DNA of 59,803 nucleotides, counting the filler, from Basidiobolus ranarum (taxonomy: Eukaryota), in NCBI GenBank assembly GCA_040143965.1. It is 3 parts of 3 records of this genome, joined end to end, with 100 filler letters (N's around TTAATTAATTAA, not from the genome) between each part and the next. Parts side by side here need not be neighbours in the genome. Positions count along the whole stretch, not along the records: positions 1 to 19,886 come from JASJQH010000239.1; 2 more parts are not named here. One strand, 5' to 3'. The position numbers and the translations under genes were made by a program. Numbering within the stretch: the stretch's first letter is position 1; the number at the start of each line of letters is the position of its first letter. Below the pieces are notes generated by a model. It saw only the letters and a program-made list of their open reading frames with translations, did no database searches and had not been told where the DNA came from. This document shows positions 1 through 13,658 of the stretch, one piece after another.

Positions 1-3000
1 ATAGTATGCTCATTAATGTCGGGGAAGAGGCGCTTTTTGGTGACCCTCACGGTGTGATAAACAAAATAGCAGCCGAGATTTATGTAGTTGTTACGGCGCA
101 TAGCGCCCCATTCATTTCCAAAATATACAGTGATTTCCTTGGGGTTTCTACGTACAATCTCTAAAATACTGACTCCATAGTTGTCTTGTAAGTATTGATC
201 AGCGGTGTCCCATATATTCTTGGCGACTGGAGAGCTTGCGTAGAGGTCCATTCCCATACCTACCTCTTGGGATCCCTGACCTGTAAACACGTATGCTGTT
301 AAAGGTTGCTCGACTAATGCTTCTCCCTCTAAGACAACTTCTTGAGTCCGGAGGCTGAATGTTTGCACCTTAATTACCATGAGACCGTCCTTCATTCCAA
401 TGTGGGTAAGCTTGGTTTCAAGAGCATCTCCCGGTAGAACCATTCCAACAAATTGAACCTCATATCCTCTAATGCGACTGTGAACGTTATTTGCGGCGAA
501 TGTCTCCACAAAACGACGAGTAGCAGCACTAGTCCACATTCCATGGGTAATTGGACCTGGTAGTTCAGCGAGATCGGCAAAATAGACATTGGTGTGAATC
601 GGATTAACGTCTTCACTAGCCTGAGAGTACCCTTCGTTAGTTGGTGGAGCGTGTTGAAGAAGTTTTGTACCGGCAGGAACAATGTTGTAACCACCAGACT
701 CGAACAAAACTGTTGAACCCTCTACTTGAATGTTTGAAGCGCGGCTCAAGTATTGAAGCACCGAATTTCCTTCTATTGAAACTCCCGAGGCCTCGAATGA
801 GATTTCACCAATTGCTATCTCTTTTTTGTTGACCTCAAACAATTCTCCAATCGTTGTGACCTTAGCGAACGAATGGCGATCAGAAAAGTACTCCTCTGTA
901 CGAAGTCTGAAAACGTAGGTCCTTTTCGCTTGAATGGTACAGCCTTCGTAGCACTTTAACCAACTACGAGACGCCAAGGCTACGGCATCGTTTTCCGACT
1001 CCATAGTGATACGAGTGACTGGTTCATCTCTCTTGCGGAAAGTCATGTGATAATCATCAAATTTACCACGACAAAGGAACTGGCTCTTCACGCGCATAAT
1101 CTCCTTTCCTTCACGGTAAACGTGTCCGCTCACTTCAATCATTTTTCCGCTTTCGAGGTTTACGACGGCAGAGATCGTGGACTCTGTATAAATTGTATCA
1201 CCAACCTTCATTGGATTCTTAGCATCAAGAATCTCAAATCCATTACGCATGTGCACAAGTCTTGTAATATCAGTGTCGAACTCTTGAGCAAAGATGGTTT
1301 TGAACACGGATTCCCATGATGTAACGATAGCAAAGTCGGTGAAAGCAATTCCCATCTTTGTATTCCTTGACGAGTATCTCACGACGTTGGCAAAGAACTC
1401 TAGATGCTCCTGATTGATAACTCTAGTACTCTTATAGACGCTATTCAAAGTGTTATCGACCAGCTCATTATTTCCGAACCAGAGAGTGTAAAAGAAATTC
1501 TTGATGGACTCATTTCTGGTCTCCAAAATCTCTTGAATGGGTGCGCAGCCACGTTCAGGTTTATACTGGAACTTCAATAAAAGCTCTTCAATTCCATAGT
1601 TTCCACCCTCGCGAAGGAGAATACTTATCACCTTGCTCTTAGTGTCGAAACTTACCTCCAAACTTGGTTTGTCATTGCAACGTGCCCAGCCATAGATATC
1701 AACTGAATCAATATTCTTCTTTTCGTCGTATCTCACAACAAAACGCTGGTCTGTACGTGGTCTGAAAACACGTGGGAAAGTGTTACTGTCTATCTGGTTT
1801 CCACGTACAATACTTGGTGATGTCAACAGGGCGCGAAACCAACTATAGCTCTTTCCAGCTAAGAACTCAATCCACTCGCCTGCATTTGGAAGAGATTCGT
1901 TGTGACTTCCAAGCTCGTAAGTGACGGTGCGACCAGCGTTTGACACAGTAGTCTTGACACCGTTTGGGATAGGGATGTGCTTTATTGGAGCTCCACCCAT
2001 GTACTCTTGATAAGGAATCTCAGTGTTGCTGTAGTAGCGTTCTTGAATACTCTTAACATGAGCAACGGCGATTTCATCAAGAATCTCTTTAACAGGTTGG
2101 TTTGCGATCTTAGAATAACGAACAGCAACTGGTCCTTGGAGAACTACAACACGATCTGGGTCCTCTCCGGGAACAGCATCGATATCTTCAGCTTGCCAGA
2201 GGCTATCTCGTTTGAACCAGACATGAAGCTCTTTATCAAGAACGGCAACGAATGGTGGAGGTTTCTTATCCTTTCTACGGCAGAGACCAATAAAGTACTG
2301 GATATCTTCGCTGGTGATAAGTTGTGATTTGGAATCTGGATATTTCTCCAAAAATTCCGCGATCAACATGAAAGGATTTTCCACATTAAGATCATCGTAA
2401 CTTTTGAGGAAAGTTTCTTGAGGCTGAGTGCTTTTGGTGAAACGCTCCTCAATACGAGTGATTAAATCACCAACAGTATTTCTATGAGACGCGTCAAGCC
2501 ATTGTTTTCTCTTGGCAACGAAAACCAACTCCACAAAGCGGTAAAGAATTTCGCTATAAGTCATTTCTTCCAAATCGACATTATTGCGACCGTCTTGCTT
2601 CTTTCCAAACCATACTTTTTGGGAATCCTCATTGAGACGACGAATGATATACTCACGTTTTGCACGGATAACTTCAAGGCGTTTGTCAAGATTGGTAATG
2701 GAAAAGATGGTCTCATCCAGCTCCTTCCAGAAGAGAATACCACGAGTAGCTATATTGTGAATTGGTTCACCATATTCTGACTCAACAGTCACAATACCCC
2801 CAACTGGACCTTGGTAAGTCTTTTCCCAGTCCTCATCATGTTCAATTCCTATATGTAGAGTATTAGAGAATGTTTAATAAAATAAAATTTTCCTGTCTTA
2901 CCTGGTGTCTGAACAATCAGATCCTTGATCTTATTGCTTGTCTTTGCCTCTTTAGCAACACACATTCTAGTCCCAAAAAGAATACCATCAAAGGGCATTG

Positions 3001-5677
3001 GAGCGTAGCCGAACTTCATACTCCAGTCACCAGTGATGTAAGGAAGGGTACCTTCAGCATCTCCAAAACCAGATCCAATAACAAGAACAACATTGGGCTG
3101 ACTTCTAATGTAACTATAGGTCTCGATGATAGGAGCATGAACATCCTCATAAGAGTGGTGACCACCTGAACGACCGCCAGTCCATTGTAAGATAATTGGC
3201 ATGGTTGGATTTTGTGCAGCAATATGACAGACCTAAAGGGCTTTGTTAGTGCCACACATTTGTACAAATATAGTTCATTATTTACCTGACGAATGCTCTG
3301 CTCACTATCTGGTTTGAAGGAGACATGTTCGATCCCGCTCTCTTGTAATTCCGCGCACATTTTGTTGGCGTATTCGGTGGTGGGAACTCCAGCGGCAACA
3401 CAGACACCAGAAATTCTGATTCCTTGCCTCTTTCTCATGTTCAAAATCCCGGGGAATTGGAACGACCAAAGGAATTGGTTGATAAATACCATGTTACAAA
3501 CAATCCCTTCTCCTGCAGAGATGGATCCTTGGATGGAAGTGATGCAATCTTGAAGAACCTGAAATGGGATTAGCAATTATAAAAATGAGAATAATGGTAA
3601 ATTTATTTACCTCCGGACTGTATAATGCTCCACATCCAACTTCTATGTTATAACCAGCATTGGTGACTGCGCTAACAAATTGCGCGTTGGCAGTTGTTGG
3701 TGTCATACCACCCACCAGGAGCGGTGGCTTTCCTGTGAGACGGGAGTACTTGGTATCGAGTTTTATATCACCATTACTGGTACGGACAAGTTTCGGACCG
3801 AATTCTTTGGCCCAGTCAACACCAAATCGCACGTGATCAATTGAGGTATTGAAGACTGCTGCTTTGCACTTCAAGTCAGGGTTGGTACTGACAAGCATAC
3901 CGGCAAGTAAAACCTACACATAATGTTAGAAGAATGATTTTCAGAATAAATAAAACTAAACTAACCAAGACACCACGTCCTTCCTTGTTTTTGTGGGTCA
4001 ACATTCCTGCACCGCTGACACCACCAGGGCCAAAATCAATGATATGGGTAATATCATTCACGTTTATTGCTTTTTGCCAGTGAACGCGGTTGACGCAAAC
4101 TTGATCAATCAGGTACTTGGTAATTTCATCAGATTGCTGCATATTAGCACCAGTATCAATGGAGAACACCGGGATTGTTATATCTTCTCTTTTAAAGGAA
4201 ATTTCCGATAATTCAGCATCCTTGGCGATAGTGATAGTTGCGGGACGAAGTAGCTCATTGTGAGCTGGGATAGTGACTGGCATAAATCTAATAAAAAAGA
4301 AATCAGTAACATCTCTTTTTCATTTAAAACAAGTTAACGTACCTTGTATTGAAATTTTTAAGACGTTTGGAGAATGGAATTTTGGTCTCAATATTTTCTG
4401 GATTGGCTTTAATCTTACTCAATGAAACATTCAAATTCCAAAGACTTTCTGGGGCACCTGTGCAAGCAATGAGTTTGACTCCATTAACTAAAGAAATAGT
4501 AATCCGTTTTTCTTGATCCATTTCATTCAAGCAAGAATTGAAAGCGCTGACGTGCTTCTCCACTTTCGCCAGAGTTAATCCATTGATACTGAGCATGCAT
4601 GTGGGAACATCAAGGTTCTCCGAAGCACATTCTTGAAGGATGTTCGCTGGAATTGGAGTAACAGGGTAGGTCTGTTGCGACCTGGCACCAATCCAGAAAA
4701 GGAGTGAGATTGCTTTTCTCGAGTTGTTGATAAAATCATCTTCAGTTTCCGATGATGCGATAGCTATAGCTGCAACAATACCCTGAGAATGTCCGGTGAC
4801 GCCTACTAAACTATTAATAAAGGATTCTTGTTTAATATGAATTTTTTAACATACCTGATTTGAATTGCTCTCTCAGCCAGCCGGGTGTTTTTCTGAATGC
4901 TCTAAAGAGGATGTAATAGTGCGCCAATTGTACAAGTCCAATCATCGGGAAGGATACTGGGGCAGTTTCGAGGAACGCACTATCAGGCTTATAAGTTTCT
5001 GGGCGTTCGAGCCATGAAATGATGTTGAATCCATGAGGATAGAATCTGTTAACTGAAATATTCTTGGATAATTCGTTCAATGATTCCGAGATTTCGAAGA
5101 TGAAAGAGAAGACCAAATCCCTATAACATTCCCAAATCTCTTGAAGTTCTTTAAAAGATCCAGTATTTCCCTGACCTCCAAAGATTGCAAATGGAATGGT
5201 TGGATCGGATTTTTCTTGGTTAAATATGGCTGGGCATTCTGGTAATGGTGTAGTAGGATCCAAGCAACTATTCACCTCCAAATAGTTGAAAAGTTCGAAG
5301 AAAGTTTTCAGAATGGATTTTCTGATTTCACGACCGAATGTACGAGTAACGAAGTGAATTTCGTTTTGTTGGAGGAAACGGGTACAGAAATCTACAAAAA
5401 GTTTGGCGGCAAAGATACGCGAGTCTGGCTCAGCGGCATAAAGAACATATTTGATAAATGTAAGGTATATCCAGATTGTTTTCTGAACTGAGTCTGGAGA
5501 TTCGAAGGACTTTGTATCCAATGGAACGGATTCAAAATTGTGGACTAAACGCTCAGCGGTCGCGTAGAAAGAGTCGGAGACGTTGATGGAGACGGTAAAT
5601 GTGTCCGCAGACTCAGGAATAACTCGCTGCAAGACGATCAAGCGGGAAGTGTTCTCGGAGATTTTAGCAACAACCAT
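1..5677 (-). CDS. FAS1: Fungal type I fatty acid synthase, beta-subunit-type (SAT-ER-DH-MPT); multi-exon, 3' end runs off the window
   Basis: Motifs are FAIFGGQG and VTGHSQG (acetyltransferase), [12 protein letters not shown] and [12 protein letters not shown] (enoyl reductase), and [13 protein letters not shown] (MPT start, ~250-300). About six GT-AG introns (~2848-2901, 3232-3284, 3559-3610, 3915-3964, 4288-4341, 4803-4854). A long exon runs from ~2847 to the window edge. Confidence 0.95.
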
Positions 5678-8624
5678 GATGAATAGCTATCAAGAAGTAG
5701 AGAAGTAGGACAATATAGATTGAATCTAGAGAAATAAAGAGATGGAAATGATCAACCACAACAAGGTTAATAATGCGATGCCAAATGCTGGTTGTTTATT
5801 GAAAAGAAGTACTGGTGAAGGAATATATAGAGAATTCGCTCAAGTCATTTCGGACATAATCGACACTGTGTGATTGTGAATTAATTCTCTAACTAAAAAT
5901 GGAAGGTATTTGGCAGCGATTTGGTAGCCAGTGAAAACCCGCCAAATTTTCATGTGATCCAAAACGTGAGTTCTAGAGTTCACCACAGCGAATCATTATA
6001 AGAGCAGTTTTTGGAGGGCCAAACAGCGGAAGATCGCAAAAGTCTAATTTCGCCATCCTATACCCAATAAATACGGTAAACACCACAAGTAGAAAGGTAC
6101 AGATGGATAATGCTGATTGGCATACCACCGATGCCCAGATTCAAAGTTAGGCGTGTTGCATAGTCATTCGTTTTGACGAGCTCGGTGCCTGCTTGAACTT
6201 TAAGATAATCCTAGGCCCAGAAGCAATGACACTCCGAGTGTCCTACATTGAACAAGTAAATACACCAAGTCTTCAAGGAATACGCTAATCGTAGTATCTC
6301 AACCATGACCATTCCCATATTCTTCTCCCTTACTTGGCATTAGGAGCAGTTTCACTCTAGTACATCCTTTTGTAATTAAGAGGTCTGGAGCTCCGGAATG
6401 GAAACAGTGGGTGCGCCACAACTCTCTTCATCAACAAAAACGCAATACTTATTCTCACATATTGTGCAAACATCAGTGTTCATGTCTCTTGGAGTGACTC
6501 AAATGAAAGTTATGAACCTGAATTGCTTTCTCTGTATTGCGTAATTCAATGATCTTTCCTGTTTACTCAGATAATAAACAGTCCCTCATTTACTCTCGTC
6601 AGTTATCCTACTATTTTTATGGCCACCAAGGAATAATAAGGGAAATATATATATATGTCTATATGTATTCATTCTAGCACATAAATTCAATACAATCATT
6701 GAATCATATTGTTATTTTACCCGCGGAGTTATCTGACTTTATGGAGCTATCCTAACCCTAACCCCAATCATGACATCGAGATAGGATGGAATAGCCAATC
6801 ACTTAAATCACCTTATCATTTGTTATAGATAATAATATTGATTAACATTAGGGATTCTACCACTACCACTGTCACTGTCACACGCGACCTGAAGTAATTC
6901 TTCTACTTTACTATACAGTGAAACTGATACCAACTAGCGCTAGGTTATCCTTGGATGTTTATTTTCTATTTGAAGAACCATTAGCCGAGGAGATCAATTG
7001 AGTATGTGTGTGCAGGTATTTGTGTGTATACGCCTATCTCCGTGCATACGTCTGTACGATCTAGGATTAAGTAAGAGTATCGGTATTACTAAGTGAATTT
7101 ATCTGATAAATTTTTCGTCATTGAACCCAAGTGAAGGCCCAGCCTTTCATATCAAGATATAATACCTTCTTCTAGTCCCTTACCAATGATAAAGGCCACG
7201 TTTCGGTAAGGAAATAGAACGATTCGATAAGATCTTCAATAGATTATGAAAGCATGTCATGATTAAGCGTACTTTGGATAAACATTTATCCCTATGATAA
7301 ATCTTTATACAACTTGACCATTTCATGATGAGTGGCAGTGGTAGTGGTAGTAGAAAATATTATCGAGATTTAGATAGTAAATCATATAGCAAGGGAGCCA
7401 TTCTACCACTTACTAATGATGAAAACGATCTTTGAAGATTTGTCAACCGGAATCAGGATTATAAATTGCATAAAAAATATCTCACAAGCGGTAAGAGCAT
7501 CCGTAAAGGATAAAGATATCCGCACATCAGATTATGTATGCTGAGAGTTAGAACCGACGTGCGCTTCATCCGCAATGACTGGTTAAAAAGGAATTTTTGG
7601 TTGTAGTAAGTGCAAGGGAACCAAGTACAGTGACTACTAAATGATTCGGAACGTCACGAGAGTGATACAGTGTTGACCCAGAGTTTGTATGTTGAAATGC
7701 AGTGTAACAATGGGGGTGACATTTACCATGATTAAAATTCATATACTAGCAAATCTAAGTGATATTAGAGTGCGAAAGTTACTGTAAGCAGTGAAGTAGC
7801 AACTGAGGTGAACATTTTCTCAAATAAATGTTGCCAATTGCCAAGCCTGATCGTTAATCCAACCTCCTTCACACGCTAAGTATTCAATCACATTAAAATA
7901 TCATTGTTATTCTCCATCCATTTTAACGGATATTCAATGTATAACAATTTAATTGCTTTACTAAGAATTAGTTAGTATGATTTTTTTTAAGCTATCGGTC
8001 GAACTTATATCATGGTAAATATTACATATTCACTCACATTTTCATTTCAAGTTAGTATGTTAGTGAATTCATTACCTGCTATTTGTTACTAACTTAGTAG
8101 AAAATCTGAATATAAATCAGGTTATTGTAGTCCATGATTGCTAAATTCAGTGCTTCACTTGCCTGTGTAAATAACATACTTCCTTCGTCTACATAGCTAA
8201 GGATTGTTATGAACATTCACTGTCAAGATTGTGGATCAAATATGTTGCTCCAGCAGCTTGGAATCAAAGTGTAGACCATTATTGTAAAATGAGATTTTCC
8301 CTTGTTGTTCTGTTGAAATGTAAATAACTGATTATACTTTTGTTAAGAAATATGTAATACAAATGTATTCCTGGAGTACTAAGGAAGTTGGGGAAATTAT
8401 TTGAGTAGTATTGGCGGAGTTTAAAGTCTTGTCTTTACTGCTCATATCTATGTTCTATTCCAAATAGTTGTTAAGCTCTTGACTTGCTTTAATATGAAGT
8501 AAACAAGCATTTTAGATCCTAAGCATGTTACAGTAGTATTTAAGTGCTTAACTCTGATACTTCAGCTATGTTCTCCATAGCAATGGAATAATTACCACAC
8601 TGGTGTTACATTCTCCATTACTTT

Positions 8625-8962
8625 TGTTGAAATTAGCATACCTAAGCATCTATATAGTCATATATAGCTTAGTACTTAGTGATCTTATATTTCACTAAGA
8701 TATTACCCAGTATTCTCATGTGGAATTTACTTAGAATATTTTTATCCACTTGAAAGTTCTCAGATATATAGATTTTTCAAAGAAGCCCCAAACTTTGCAC
8801 ACATGTTCCTGTGACCTTCCTTAACACACTTTACACATTGGTTTGTTTACATCTTGGCAAAACTATAAATGTCAACTTTCTACTCAATAAGTCAACAAGT
8901 GAAAACCACTAATTTCTCTAATTCTCCAAACTACTTGCAACAAGCTCCCAAATACTTTAACA
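8625..8962. mobile_element. Solo LTR (Ty1/copia-like), 338 bp
   Basis: Starts TGTTGA and ends TTAACA. Flanked by the 5-bp direct repeat ACTTT (8620-8624 and 8963-8967). Homologous to copies at 9433, 18389 and 40262. Confidence 0.85.
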
Positions 8963-8989
8963 ACTTTCTCTATATCAGCATTTGAACTT

Positions 8990-9100
8990 TTCATCTTATA
9001 TGAGCATACCTTTATTTTGTATACCCAAGGAAGAGGCAAATTCATAATACTGTAAACCATAATTAAAGACAGGATATTTCTTTCTTGACAGGTTTCTAGA
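8990..9100 (-). mobile_element. Degenerate copia internal fragment (post-integrase SH3-like motif)
   Basis: Minus-strand translation CLFLGYT(K/N)KG resembles the copia CIFLGYS...KGY motif. Stops and frameshifts present. Confidence 0.4.
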
Positions 9101-9432
9101 TCATCTGAGGATTCAAGACATTTTTAGTTCCCATGTTAACACAATTAGCTATGCAGCTGAGTTTTTGATAGTCAATCTTAGAAGATTGCAGTAGTGATAT
9201 AAATGAAGACTAGAGCTTTCGGAATACCTAAACAAAAGAATTTTCTACCTTTCAGGCTGAACTATTGAATTTTTCTAGAATAAAGAGATTCATTCCCTAT
9301 CAAGGAATGATTACTCGTAAGTACAACTCACCAAAATTAAACTCCTTGACGGAGGAAGACGAACCAGTCGTAATTTTAATTGCAGTCAAGTCTATGTTTT
9401 TGTTGCAAACCAAGAGGAATTACAGTATCATA

Positions 9433-9751
9433 TATTGAGATTAGCATAGCTTAAAAACCATATAGTCATATATAGCTTAGTATATAATAATTCCATATCT
9501 CTTTAAGATATCACTCACTATTCCCAAGAGGAATTTACCTAGAAGTTCGAAGATCTATAGATTTTTTCAAACGTGTCCTAGAAGCCCCAAACTTTGGACA
9601 CATGTTTCTGGGACCTTCCTTAACACATTCTACACGTTTGTTTGCTTTCCTTTTGACAAAACTATAAATATCAACTTCCTACTCAATAAGTGAAAACTAT
9701 CTATTCTAGTTCTCCAAACCACTTCCAACAAATTCCCAAGATACTTCAACA
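9433..9751. mobile_element. Solo LTR (same family), 319 bp
   Basis: Starts TATTGA (mutated TGTTGA) and ends TCAACA. Flanked by the 5-bp direct repeat TCATA (9428-9432 and 9752-9756). Confidence 0.85.
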
Positions 9752-11046
9752 TCATACTGAGTAGTTGAGATAATTGGTTAGTACAAAGTATTTTGATGCT
9801 AGGGCTATATATATTCTGAATATCTGGGAAGTTGATATTTGAGTAATATTTATTCGTTGTCAAGAAACGAACCTTGAAGCTATTATAGGTACAGCTGATA
9901 ATGCATCTGTACTTATTAACTATACCAATGGAAGTAAAATGAGCATAGCTTGATATGGATTTGGACCGCGTTAATATTCAACTTGATGGATTTAGATTTC
10001 CCACAAATATATGTGAATTCATATTTTGATATATCCCTTTGTGCAAATTGGTTAGAAGTGGTATAAATCCCGCTTTAAAATTTAGTGTTAGAATATTCTT
10101 TTGTGGGGTGACTAGATGCGGTGTATAGACGCTGACTAGATATATAGCATAATCATAAGTAGGATATCAGGTAGTGTGAGAAAGGAAGTAGTAGTTGGAA
10201 ACTTTGTTGATTTTATTGGACCAACCCCTTACAGTATGCAGTTTGCGGTTGATATACACTATATACCTGAACCTTAAATGGATTGCCAAGATGTTACACA
10301 GCATTCTGCCATCTAGATTTCTAGTTGTGATTCCATCTTCGTTAAATTCAATTATTTTTTTATTAGTTATTCTATTTTTATTATATGTATTATAGAACTT
10401 CTTCGATTAACTTTATAGTTTGTTTTTGGAAATTCTCTTCTCCGCGTGAAACTTCACTCATTGGAATATTGTGTTAGTGCTTACTGAGTTGTATATTGAT
10501 GTCAAGTAAGTAATGTATATTGATGATGAGTGAGTAATGTAAATAACTGGTCAACTAGAAATGTTGATAACGGTTCATGCGGAGCGGAGAATGAAAAGTT
10601 GTTGATGCCGAACAATATCAAGATAACAATTGAAAATAAATATATACATATTGGTAACATATGGCTGGTTTGGGAGTTTTCCAATGATTTCGGATTTAGT
10701 ATTTACCATGTTATGATTTCTCATAGGGTGTATGGATTGCTGTGTGAATGTTGTTTCAAAACAATATTGTATCTTGGTAGAACTTCAGAAATAGTGTAAC
10801 TCAATGGCACTTCACTTACATTTGAATGTTCAGCTTTATACACTATCAGGACCATGCGGGAACATGGCGTAGTTAGCTAGGCCAATTCTATACACTAGCA
10901 AGCTCAGACCTTGATAGATGTTTTTATTAGTGTACCAAAAGTGGGGATAAAAAGTGAATATTTCGATATTTTATTTCGCAAAAGTGGGATAAAAAGTGGA
11001 GATAGTTACAGATATTATGGTTAGATTACATATCAAAATCGCTTAT

Positions 11047-11070
11047 TATATATATATATATATATATATA
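11047..11070. repeat. (TA)n microsatellite
   Basis: Run of about 12 TA units just downstream of the stomatin stop codon. Confidence 0.9.
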
Positions 11071-11093
11071 AACTCAGATCAATTTAGCCTGAA

Positions 11094-12032
11094 TTAGTAC
11101 TCAGAAAGAGTATTTTGCATGACTGCCTTTTGAATAGCATCACCAGAAGAGGCATTACCTTGTTCCAACGGCATGAAAATAATCTTGGTACCACTGTTCT
11201 TACTCATGCTGCTCAACGTCTCCAAATAACGAATTTGCATAGCGGCGGGTGTGTTCAAGATTTCTGCTGCTTCACGCATCAATTTGGCTGAGTCCACTTC
11301 GGCTTGAGCTGAAATCACCTTGGATTCTCCGATTCTCTTTTGAGTTGCTGCGCTAGATAGCGACTTTTGTAGTTCGGGAGAGAACTCCAGATCCTTGATA
11401 AGGATAGACTCAATGGTGATACCCCATTCTCTGGCTGGAACGTCAATGATTTCACGAATGTCATCAGCGATGGTATCTCGATTCTCAATACAGTCTTGGA
11501 GCACACGAGTTCCTAACACTCCTCTAAGTGTGGTTTGAGTACGCTCAATGAGGGCACGACGAACATCACTGACACCGAAAAGAGATTGATAGGGATCAAC
11601 TACATGGTAGTATAGTACAGAATCTATCTTAATGTTAACATTATCTTTAGTCATGATCCGAATATCCTCGATCGAAGCAATCTGTATCTTCACGTCTACT
11701 CTATGAAGAGACTCGGTTAAAGGATTGATAGTAACCAGACCAGGATCTACGCATCTGTAGACACGGCCGAATCTTGAAACCAGACCGACACTACCCTGGT
11801 CTATCTCTTTATTTGGATTGGGGAAGCAGAAGCAACCAGGGATTGATCCGAGAGCACCTAAACATTCACCTATTGCTTGCATAGAAACACCATAGAACCC
11901 AGAAACTGGCTCCACGGGCAAATCTTTAGCAAAGGATTTCTTCATCACGTTCAAGGGTGGTTCTTCGGATACTGTGGGCTGATTAAAGTTTTGGCTCATA
12001 GCAGGAGTCTGTGGTTTGTTAGAGGAGCTCAT
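11094..12032 (-). CDS. Stomatin / SPFH (band 7) family protein
   Basis: Contains IMTKDNVNIKIDSVLYY, QTTLRGVLG, AEILNTPAAMQIRYLETL. Single coding exon; ATG at 12032, with a probable 5' UTR intron upstream. Confidence 0.92.
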   Translation of the reverse strand: MSSSNKPQTPAMSQNFNQPTVSEEPPLNVMKKSFAKDLPVEPVSGFYGVSMQAIGECLGALGSIPGCFCFPNPNKEIDQGSVGLVSRFGRVYRCVDPGLVTINPLTESLHRVDVKIQIASIEDIRIMTKDNVNIKIDSVLYYHVVDPYQSLFGVSDVRRALIERTQTTLRGVLGTRVLQDCIENRDTIADDIREIIDVPAREWGITIESILIKDLEFSPELQKSLSSAATQKRIGESKVISAQAEVDSAKLMREAAEILNTPAAMQIRYLETLSSMSKNSGTKIIFMPLEQGNASSGDAIQKAVMQNTLSEY

Positions 12033-12532
12033 GATCACTGGTTATATGGTTTGGTTTAGTTGAATTTACTGACCTGCATCGTCGTCCCATCGAATCATTA
12101 TATACTTGTTGAAGTATCTTTTGATTGGTTATGAATAAAACGGGTAGCCATAGTGTTACCATTGGCAGTGTCAAAACTAAGGCAAAATTTAGGGTTGGTG
12201 GTGTACATGTGCAAGTTTAGTCGTCCAGAAGAGAAACATCAAATATGGAATTCTGTTTCCACGTCTGGAGTATTTGATTATCCTAAATTCCATACCCAGA
12301 GTGAGCCTCGTGAATCGAAACATTAGTATATATGTATATTTACGAATAAACTGACCATGCAATCCCAAATCTAGCCATAAGCAATAAGCGCGTAGAATCA
12401 AGGTAATAATAACTCGATATTTATTGGATATTCGAATGGGAAAGTGGTATAGAGGGGTATCTATGTTCGATAAAATAACAATAACTAGTATATTTCCATT
12501 AAATATAATATATACGACAAGTGATCAATGGT

Positions 12533-13171
12533 CTATGGGCAAATAGCTACTCTACGATAGTCGATGGTAGCATGAAGGCGAGCAAATCCCTGAGTCCAAT
12601 AATGCCCACGAGGGTCGTAACCGCCACCCATATGAGTAAAGGCTGACTTTAGAATGTTGGCACGGTGCACTAAATAGAAGTTAGTATTTCGTTGAAGGTC
12701 ATATTTGGATAGAGATTGATAGTACCTGGCGAATGCATCCATGAGTACATCACCGCCTCTTCACTTTGTTGTCCACGAGCTACGTTTTCTCCAAATCTAT
12801 CCCAACGTAGACCTTGCTCAGTGAGAGCGCGATTCATTTGGGAGTGACCAATACGGTCATGGGTCATACGATGGAAATTGGCTTGCATCACAGAATGTTC
12901 CTGACATATTTGATTGATTTGACTAGGAAGTATTTAGCTTAGAATCAATATACCTAGAATATACGCTAGAACAGACGCTTGCGCCTATCCCTAAATCGTC
13001 CATTAAAGAAGCCACATACCTGTTCAAAATCAAAGGTCGCATACCCCGTGATACTCGCTCTCTATTTACTAGACATATTAATCGTCGCATGGAGACAGCC
13101 TCTGTTTGTTGCCACATTGTGAATACAAATAGGTAGAAGAAGAAAGTGATGGAAGTGTAGGAGAGTCTCAT
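12533..13171 (-). CDS. Secreted CAP (SCP/PR-1 superfamily) protein, bacterial-type; 3 exons
   Basis: Signal peptide, then LVNRERVSRG, GENVARGQ, WMHSPVHRANIL and YWTQGF across two GT-AG introns. Confidence 0.85.
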
Positions 13172-13658
13172 ATTGTTGGAAGATATCTAGTTGCTTACTT
13201 ACCGACGAAGTATATATAGTGAAGGAAGGAAGAAGTGAGCAGTAAATTCCCGAATATAAGAATGCACGTATGCTTTAAAGCTTTACTTCATGCATTGATC
13301 TGAACGAATTCCGAGAAAGCAGTCAGTAAGATACGATACTATTGTATTTACAGCATTAACGCTAGCATTTACTCAGAATTAATGTTGGAAATTTATGATG
13401 CAGAAGTAACCAAGGTGAGAATTCATATGTACATAGTTATTAACCAGTCTCATTTGACTTTTCCATGTGGAGTCATATACCTGTGCCATTCCATTTTCGA
13501 TTATTTGGAAGAATATTTAATCGCGATGATGATGTCATTGGTATAAAAGTAAGTTTATTTTTATAAAATAGGTACATGATGTATGTTTGTATAAAATAAT
13601 AATTAGCCAGTTCAACAAGTGCATGATTTAAATAAGCTTGATTTGAAGAACATATAGA

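Noticed and set aside
5951-5957. CATGTGA (ICRE/UAS-INO-like core) in the FAS1 promoter
   Set aside because: A single 7-bp match lacking the full consensus; expected by chance.
8840-8900. Minus-strand KVDIYSF peptide in the dispersed repeat, resembling a kinase subdomain IX
   Set aside because: It is flanked by stops and lies inside the TSD-bounded LTR; no other kinase motifs are present.
9738-12120. 14-bp inverted match AAGATACTTCAACA / TGTTGAAGTATCTT around the stomatin gene
   Set aside because: The left copy is the end of a solo LTR with its own TSD, and homology does not extend at 12107. Treated as chance.
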